Below are positions 54,626-64,000 of a stretch of 64,000 bases of DNA, in pieces (within the stretch, counting starts at the first letter, position 1; every line of letters starts with the position of its first letter). The position numbers and the translations under genes are program-made. The notes below the pieces were generated by a model that saw only the letters and a program-made list of their open reading frames with translations, made no database searches and was not told the DNA's origin. This stretch comes from the human T2T-CHM13v2.0 reference genome, Homo sapiens, in NCBI RefSeq assembly GCF_009914755.1, contig NC_060927.1. One strand, given 5' to 3'.

Positions 54626-55956
54626 GACCGCACACAAAAATATGTTGTAACTATGTTTAAATGCATTAATTCACTCCATTTTTTTCATCAATGAGTTGAC
54701 TGATCATAGTGCTGACCAGAAGGAATAAGAGGAAGTTTAATTGGTGGAGTGAGAGAAACTCCAAAATAAGGAAGCATAAAAAGACAGTCAAAATCTTGGA
54801 AGAGAATTGAGAAGAATGTTTGTCCTACTGAATAAGAGAACTTGAGGGCAGGCAGCACTCTTTAGTCTAAAGATAAAGTGAAATGTTTGATATTTTAAAG
54901 TGAAAAAAACTTAGCTCTTGTCTTCCCTGGGGATAAATGTCATATCCAGAAGATACCTGGAATAAATACAAATTATTTAATAATTACTTAATAAAATTAG
55001 ATAGCATGCAGTGTATGAATGAGATCAAAAGTAAAAAAAGCCCCAATTTAAAGTAATTTAAAGAATACTTGGCTCCCCGTTGTAACTCATTTAATACAAT
55101 GTTTTAAGACAGACACTTTTATGTCTTAAAAATGAGAGTGATACTTGACTACTTCTAATATATGAAATAGTTATATCTTAAACTTAGATTTTAAAGTACA
55201 CATACTAACACTGTGAGTCTCAATTCATGAATATGCCATTTAAGCTAGATGTTTTAGGTCTCATATTTGTGTATGCCACTTTTTCCTTCCTGTGAACCAA
55301 AAATATCCATGACTTTAAAGTTGAAACAAGCTACCACCGCTTAACATTTGTAAAAACTTGATCTTTTGAGAAGTCAATACAGAGAATAAGCAAAACAGGG
55401 TGTTAACAGCGCAGAAAGGGGTTTTGTAAAGACAGAGAAAGCTAAAATAAAATTACAAGATAGGTCACATTTATGTTCACAGTCTTTCATTTCCCCCACC
55501 TCCCTGTTTATCACCTGCACCAAGACGACGCCTATGAAGCAAAGTCAACCAGCGCAGCCATTGCCTGACTGGCCTCCGGTGATTGCCAGTCACTCAGCTA
55601 TATAAGGATTCTATTCAAATCTTTGTCAAACTCCCAGATTCTGAACCTAGTTATTTCCCTCAGCTATGCAGGAAGAGGGCATGTGTCATCTCACTCCAAC
55701 CCTGCACTCTGGCCATGTCTTCTCTCTTTACCCTTAGCAAAATTTCCTGAGTGACTCTTATAGCCCAAAAAATTATCTCTATATAGTAAAAATGCCTGAG
55801 TCTTCTGTTTCAAAAATCTCTCTGTATACAGTATAAATGTCAGCGTAATTTTGCAAGAAGCTGTCTCTATGCTTTTTAGCCAAATAGATCAAATAGGACA
55901 TAAAGGGAAAAGTGATGGCCACTCCTTTCTCTTTTCCTCTATAAAATGAATGTGCA

Positions 55957-55984
55957 TGTGTGTGTGTGTGTGTGTGTGTGTGTA
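55957..55984. repeat. (TG)n microsatellite
   Basis: Seen directly. Confidence 0.95.
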
Positions 55985-56549
55985 CACATATATGTATAAT
56001 TTTAGGTAGACTTTTTGATCACCACATCTGATTAGAACAGAACAGAGGCTCTAATGTTGAAATTATGAGACAATATGGTAAGGGAAAACCATGTAGTAGG
56101 AAGTCTTCTGAAAATTCACTAGGAATAAATTCGTGTGATTTGTTCATACCCATTGATATAATTTTTTAAAACTATAGCATACATAAAGTTACTAAATCAG
56201 TGAGAGTTTATATTTGCAAAATTGATTCAATTTCAAGTCAAATTACATTCTTTTTATTAAAATAAAATATTAAGTATGCTTTGAACCTTCAACCTTTTAT
56301 CATTACATTTTACCTATCTACTATTACAATGATTATTCAATCTGTTCCATTCTTATTTTCCATTCTATGCTTCATGCATTTATAGCAATGAGAATTACTG
56401 TATATTTGAACTCTTCATCCTCTCAAGCTGCTACGGAACAGCTAAAAAGAAAAGGAAAAAAAACAACAACACAAGACTGTCATTGTTCTTATCTCAACAC
56501 TGCCACATAGACAAACTTGAAATATCTAAGATTTTCATTCTTCTTGGAA

Positions 56550-57300
56550 ATGGTTTTCAGCTTAAAGGCATTTGACCTGGAGTTAGGTTATATTTCAGTC
56601 AGCCTACTGAATGGTATCTAGAGAGGCCCGTCAGCAGAAGCTTGGCAGAAAAATGTGAATACAAGTTCAAGTGTCTGGTAGCTGAGAAAACTGGAGGAGG
56701 GCAAATCAGCTTGAATATCAAAGCTAAATTCTATCAGAATGGCAAAAGTCATTTCTAAAACAAGACATCTCGGGAAGGCATTAATTGTGAAATCTCAAAT
56801 AAGAGTTGACCTATTTGACTGAAGGTCATCTTAAAGAGTTCTGAAACCATTCCTTGGGACACAAGCCTAAGACATTTTTATGAGGGGTGAAGAGATAAGA
56901 TGCATGGCCAGAAGGTGTTGGTATAATGTGGCATGTAACCTCTTACAGCATCGTTGATGAATATAACTTATTTCAAAAGCCAAGAGCTTGACAAGGATTC
57001 TAGCAGAATACTGACATGGCATATGAGCAAAGAGTCTAAGGAATTTTATTCCAGGATGTCTAGCCAGGATATTTATAAACAGGAATCAATTCTAAATTGA
57101 CAGTAGAGTAGACTATGCCAGGTTGAGCAATGATGATATTTTCTGATACGTGTAGAAATGATCAGGAGAGAGAAAATGTTTAAAACTCATAGATTGGCAC
57201 CAGGTTAATCAAGACAGGTGTTAGTGCCTGGGTCACTATTCTGTGTATTCAGAGATGATGGCACAAAAGCCATCACTGCCTGGTCCTATGCAACATTTTT
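56550..57300 (+). mobile_element. Possible ancient CR1/L3 LINE ORF2 remnant
   Basis: Weak resemblance at ttgacagtagagtagactatg...ggcaccaggttaatc...gtgcctgggtcactattctg to the CR1 ORF2 3' region; very degraded. Confidence 0.3.
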
Positions 57301-60300
57301 TCTCAAATTGAGCAACCTGATCTGTGAGGGCTGCCCATAAGCGTTGTCTGCTGGGCCACTTGGCAGCAATTTTCAGTCTATTTCTGTAAATTGAGCTTCA
57401 CAGTGCCCTTTGAATGTTTCCCCTTCCAGATTGCAGGGGCCCCAATGCTGTTTAGTTTACAGGGCTCACTTTCAACATAATGTTGGAAGGGCTGCCTTCC
57501 AACATAATGGGGCCTAGATAAATTGAACGGTGCACCTCATTTTTATGAGCCCAGTAAAACTCCCACCAGCAGAGCAAGTGGGGGTTCTTTTCAGGTTTGG
57601 TGGAAGATAGAGGAAAATCATCAGAAGGGCAGTTGGTTATCTGTTTCTAGGTTTAGAACAGTGGGATATTCAAACTGCCCCAGTTTCTGGCCCAGAGTTT
57701 CTTTCATGATTCTGTAAGATTGTTGTAGGAGGTTCTTCAAGAATAAGTGAGCAGGAGTTCTTATGCTTCTGCAAGCTTGTGCTTAAACTGACTGAACAGT
57801 AGTAATCAGATATTCCCTTCCTAAGAATGGGAAGGTGATATGCACCAGGAATTTCTACTTGGGTCTTGTGGATAGTGCCACATTCCAGTATCCATATGTT
57901 GGGAGCTTTAGCCCAGGTGTCTCTAAAATGGTAACAAAGTAACTGTTCCTGTTCCCTCACTAAGATTTGAAATGCATGAAATTACTCATTATTGACTCTG
58001 AAAAACAACAGAAATTTGTTGTTGAGACCAGATAGGAGTAAATCACTGCCTCCCATTACAAACGGATAGCAAGACATTCCTGTATATGGGTGTATCTGTC
58101 CTTCCTTCAGACGCATTCACACAAAGGGCTGGGGGAAGATATCAAGGAAGACCATGAAGGGAGCATGATTTCTTTATAAAAACTGGCAAGCGTTAGAAAT
58201 AGCATGTCTGTTTTCCTAATAATTTCCTCTCTACCCTGGGAGTTTTCACCAATAGATATTGGTAGAAAAGGAGAGCAGTTTGGTTACAACAACACATTAT
58301 TGTAATCCTAGTTCAATTTGTAAGTACTACCAAGGAAGTGAGCTCATAAATTGAATATTCATTTATTGTACCAATATTGATAAGTTAGGAGGCCAACACT
58401 TTGAGTCTGCTAAAACTCATTTACTTGCAATGACCAATAGGCAGAAAAAAAACTAACAGCCCTGTAGTACATCAGCAATCCTCAAACATGCGTGACTGGA
58501 CAAATCAAAACCCCTCCTTCCTTTGTGTGTTTTTTATTCCATCTGTGTGCATTTAGTGCCTCTCTCAGTGTTCTAGTTCACACTTTCCTGCAGGAAAGTC
58601 CCAAAACACGGTCCCATATTCATACCCAACTTGGCTTACATATCAGCTATAGGAAATGGCTTGGGGTCCTTGGCACTCTGTTGCCACCATCACAATCCTT
58701 TCTTGCAGGTAATCCCAAAACCAATTGTTTTTCTTCTAAATATACATAAACCACAGCCTACTTTTGTGAATCAAAAACTATGTTTGAACCAGGATTTTAT
58801 TTTCTGTTATATTAGAGACATTGGTTGATAATAAATTGGCTTATTTTTATTAAAACTCTTATATTTAGGTCTACTTAATTTTTTTCTGAAAGCTTGTTTC
58901 CTTCCAGCCATTAATTCTGTTTATTTAATGGTAATATTTGTACTTGAATACATTAATAGTTTCCATTGTTGCTATTACTACTTATCATTTTACTTCCCCA
59001 ACCTTTTAAATCCAAAACACTAGTACTCCTTGTTGTAGTTACACCTCTATGAACCCAAAGTATTCTTTAATACCACTCGCACATGAATATAAAGGCTTCT
59101 AAATAAAAGGTCTGTTTGAAGAGTTTAAGAAAATGACTGTGAAAATTTCCAATAATGTGGATTGAAATAAGGCAATGCCTCAGTAGTCATAAAAACTCAA
59201 TTTATCTATTTCAAAGCACACCATTTAGCCACTTTTCAGTAATTCGCATATTCTCCTAGCCCTTCTTGCCCAGGCTACCTGAATCTGTGAGATCCTCCTT
59301 TGATTTGAATAAAGTTCCCTGAGATTGTGATAAAACCACTGAGGTATAAGTGAAGATAAACATCACACACTATTTTACAGAGTTAGAAGTAATTATTTTT
59401 CTCTGTTACAAATTTCTCACTGCTGTTTTATCTATGGAATCTGCACTTGGCAGTGTGGATGGGATCCCTGTATTTCAGTTTCACCTCTTCTACTTTTGGT
59501 GATTTAGTTTTCTTAGGCACCACTCCACTCACAACTCCAGCTCTCCTTTTAAACTGGAGCTTAAACATAAGCTTTTCCTTTTAAGCCCCCTGCAGAAAAC
59601 GTGCTGTTTCTCAATTGTCCCTAATAAAACTGAATAAAGAACACACTTCACTTTTGTATGTTATTTTTACTTTTGTTTTTAATAATAACAGTAGTCATTT
59701 TCTAATCTGCGTCTTTATTCAAACACGATTACTCCTAATCCCTTTATTTCTTTTTAGTGACTCTCTCTTACTGATTATACTTGAACAAAACAGAGAACAT
59801 TTCTTTATCTCTTCTTTTTCCTGACTCCTTTGACAAGAAAGGATAATGAAAATCCAATTTTATTTATCCAGTTTTTTTCTTCCCACATGGATGAATTCTT
59901 TTGGTTCAAAGGGAATTTAGCTAAGGTTCAGGTTTATATCAAAGGAGAAATCCAAATTTTGCACTCAGTACAATGTCTGGAAAACTGTAAGTGCTTTCTA
60001 AATATTTATTAAGTGAATAAGCAAATTAAATATTCTCTTTATTATTGCTATATTGATGTAGCAAAATAAATAAAAACAAAAAATGTCATTCAGTTAGCAA
60101 AAGTATACTATGTTAATAAGATACAACCAAAAGAGAAAAACATAACCAAATATTAATATATTAAAAATATAAGTTTCTACCTTTTCTCAAAGTTAAAATT
60201 CTTCCTGTATTAAAAAGAATTGACCAATTCTAATGTAGATAACCTTTCCATCACTACCATTTTCAAACTTTTTTGAACATACAGTGATCTATGGGAGAAA

Positions 60301-60600
60301 AACAAAAACAGAGTTCTAAGACTCAAGCATTGGTATACGTAAAAGCTCCAACTGTAGAAAAATATTTATATATGAAGAGCAACTGCAACCTTGAGTAGGC
60401 TCCCCAGGCTGCCGGTTTTAAATCAAAATGAATCAAGTGTTGAGGAAGATTCTTGATTTTATATCACCAGTGTCCCCAAGGGCAGGGGTAGAAGCTCAAT
60501 AAATACTTGTTGAATTGACTTTCAACACTTTGAGAAAGTAACTCTTTGGGGAATTGATGTTTCACTTTCTCTCAATTTTTCATAGCCCGTCCTGCCTAAA

Positions 60601-60633
60601 AGAGAGAGAAAAAAGAGAGAGAGAGAGAGAGAG
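60601..60633. repeat. (GA)n
   Basis: Seen directly. Confidence 0.9.
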
Positions 60634-61929
60634 CATCATTTTTAATATTTGCTTTACATTTTCCATGTTTTTCTTAAATATTAACATTTCACAAATGGCT
60701 TAGTTAATAATTCTAATTTTTATTGGTTTCAATGACAAAATAGTGAAAAAAAGGAAATGAAGTATAATTTTTTAAAAGGGAATGGAAAGAAATACTTGGA
60801 AGGAGAGAAAATCTGCCTGAAGTGGCAAAGAGTTTTATTATCATATAACATAAAATTGTGGGTTTGCATATGTGCAAACATAGATACACTGTATAATTGG
60901 AATTTACATTTGGCACAAATGAAATATAAAAGAGTTGAGACATCTTCTCTGGGTTAGTTTCATAATATTTAAGTAGCAGAGATGATTTTCTTTGGGAAAT
61001 TTAAAATATCAGAACTGTCTAATAATTACTTTAAAAAACACTTTCCAGGAAAATATTTCCTTTCAGGTCACAAACTATTTGAAATATGCTGTTTTTTCTA
61101 ATACAAAATGCAGAATACTGTCTCCCTGACTTTTAGAGAACTATTTATTTTCACAATATCACAGTATTTATATTCTCAGGAATTCTGATAATTTCAATTT
61201 TACAACAACAATAATATGTTTAGGAGATGAGAAGCTATGCAAATGTTGAAAAGTTTTCAGGATTTTACATATTATAAATGTACATACAAACATGTCATAT
61301 TTATAATTACAGATGACATTTGGATTGATCATTTTTATTTCAACATTTAAAATCAGATTCAATAAATTCTGTTTTAGTTTTGTTTTGTTACAGCAAAGAA
61401 ATGATAATGGTCTCAAAGAGCTGTAAAGCTCATTCTATTGAGGCTGATATTTGCCCCTAATTTTTTTTTTAATGTCGGATTAGTTACCACCTTGGAATAG
61501 TACAGCTTTAAGAAATCCTCAGGGGTTTTTTCCCCCCTTGATAGATGTCATATTGAAGACAGTGGGTTGTTAGACCTTGGTAAGTAAATTTCACTATACA
61601 ATACTTGCCTGTATGTAACTGAATTAACACTTTCAGGATAGCAGTGAGTAAACTGAAAGTCATCATCATTAAGTAAGGATTATATGGGTGAGCAAGTTAT
61701 TCTTAGGCTGTTGACTCCTGGGAAATACAGCCTCCTTTCTTATTCCTTATTCTATCATATAAAGGTATAAATTATTTCAGTAACTAGATACAACTAAATT
61801 TTCATCATAGAAAAAAATGATTAATAGGGTTAATTGAAAACTAAACTTAAAATGAATATCAAATATTTTGCATATTCAAAACGCATAATGATTACAAGAT
61901 TACTTCCTATAGACTGGGAAGCATTCTGA

Positions 61930-61965
61930 GTTGTTTGTTTGTTTGTTTGTTTGTTTGTTTGTTTT
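61930..61965. repeat. (TTTG)n tetranucleotide
   Basis: Seen directly. Confidence 0.95.
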
Positions 61966-62373
61966 AACAGCATCTGAAAATATTAAATGTGGTTGTTTTT
62001 CTGATTATATATCTATTGTTCCTTGAAAATATTTTCTGCAACATCTTTCCGTTAAGCCAAAAGCAAAGTTGCCTATTCATGTGCTGCCCAGAAGTCAAAG
62101 GAGGTAATTAACCGTTTTCCACTTTATCTCCTTAGGCAATACCTGAATTATCTATAGAATCTAAACATTTTTCCACTTCCACTACTTAATAAAGAAACCA
62201 TAATTTCCATATACAGTGTGGTGATTTCCTTCTAATGAGAAATGAATTGGGCTTTCTGTTTATACAATTGCTTCCCTTTCCCCAGCTGCAAAATTCTCTG
62301 GGGGCTTAGTTGGTTTAGCAGTGACTAGTTTTTAGTACACTCATAATACCACAGTTTCTAGATAAGCAACACC

Positions 62374-62388
62374 TATGTATACATATAT

Positions 62389-62419
<31 letters not shown>

Positions 62420-62481
62420 CATATATGTATATTTATATATATATACACATATATATTTACATATATACACATATATATATA
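62374..62481. repeat. (TA)n/(CA)n compound microsatellite
   Basis: Seen directly. Confidence 0.95.
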
Positions 62482-63339
62482 AAAATATCAATTCTTAAAT
62501 TTTCAAATCACATATTAAATGATGCCTAACCTTTGGCCATCACAGCAGGCTATTCTTCTCCAAGTCAATAGTGATAATATTTTTACAAGTTCTAGAATAT
62601 TTACAACAAAAACACATTTGGAAAAATAACTGAAAGGAAGGCTGCTAAAAGTGTCGCTGAGAAGATATAGAGAAATCCAAGCCCTACCAGGGTGATCAGA
62701 GAGTTCTTCGTAAAAATCAGATCAGTGAACAGCCAAAAGTCTGCAGGGCTGGAGTGTGATTCTAATTGAGGAAACTGGTCGACAATATAAACCTTAGAAA
62801 AACATGTAAGTGGGATCGCAAGATGTTTGTGTTTATCTCATTCATAAAATAGGAGAAACACATTACACTAGGGGAAAATGAGCATTTAAATCATTTAAAA
62901 GGCATTTTCTGTTACGGTTATGGATGTTGCCCTAGACTTTACTCTCTATGAGTGAGATATTCCTTTCTAATACTCACCACCATTTTGTTCTCATTCCAAA
63001 TGTATCCATTTAGCAGTTCCAAAGCATCCTGATACTGAGGAGGGCTTCCACAGAGTGGTGGAGGCAAATTTTCTTGGAATTGGCAAGGTACTTGTAAGTT
63101 AATGTGGGATAAGCTTGATTCATACATTGGTTCTTGTACATTGTATTAATGTGAGTCCGTCCCTGCCTGTACAACATCAGCTTTAAGTGAATTAATAGAA
63201 AATTGTTTTGGAAAGTACAAAACTAAGGATCAGACACGGAAGCAAAACAATCCTTATCAAGCGGAAGCCACTAAGTCAGGACACGTTTGTGAAGAAAACT
63301 GGCCTCTCTCGATGACATTATCAGGAAGTCCTCACTCAC

Positions 63340-63838
<499 letters not shown>

Positions 63839-63861
63839 TAAGATGGATACATTTAACAAAA

Positions 63862-64000
63862 TTTTTATTTATTTTATTTATTTTTTTATTTATTATTTAT
63901 TTATTTATTTATTTTGGATGGAGTCTCACTCTGTTGCCCAGGCTGGAGTGCAGTGGTGCGATCTCAGCTCACTGCAAGCTCCGCCTCCCAGGTTCACGAC
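63862..64000 (-). mobile_element. AluY-like, cut by the window edge
   Basis: (TTTA)n tail; gcaagctccgcctcccaggttcacg. Confidence 0.9.

Overview
AT-rich primate genomic DNA, probably human or another ape (AluY, LTR12/ERV9, MSTB, MLT2A1, MADE1). I find no credible protein-coding exon, tRNA/rRNA gene, CpG island or prokaryote-type system. The ORF track is made of short chance ORFs, many with TTG/GTG starts or derived from Alu, LTR or microsatellite sequence. The first ~48 kb is a dense mosaic of old L2/MIR/L1M fragments, at least 12 Alus (two at the far right end) and many ERV/MaLR LTRs. These include a near full-length MSTB provirus and an internally deleted MLT1A provirus. The stretch from 48.2 to 63.3 kb is comparatively TE-poor. 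The most unusual structure is at 14.2-16.4 kb: two solo LTR12 elements face each other tail-to-tail around a third, promoter-only LTR12 fragment. The right-hand LTR has lost its poly(A) signal and offers antisense GTGAGT splice donors, so the cluster is a candidate LTR-driven lncRNA or fold-back dsRNA source. Repeat family names come from recalled consensus sequences, not from a database run. Subfamily calls and the boundaries of old elements are approximate.
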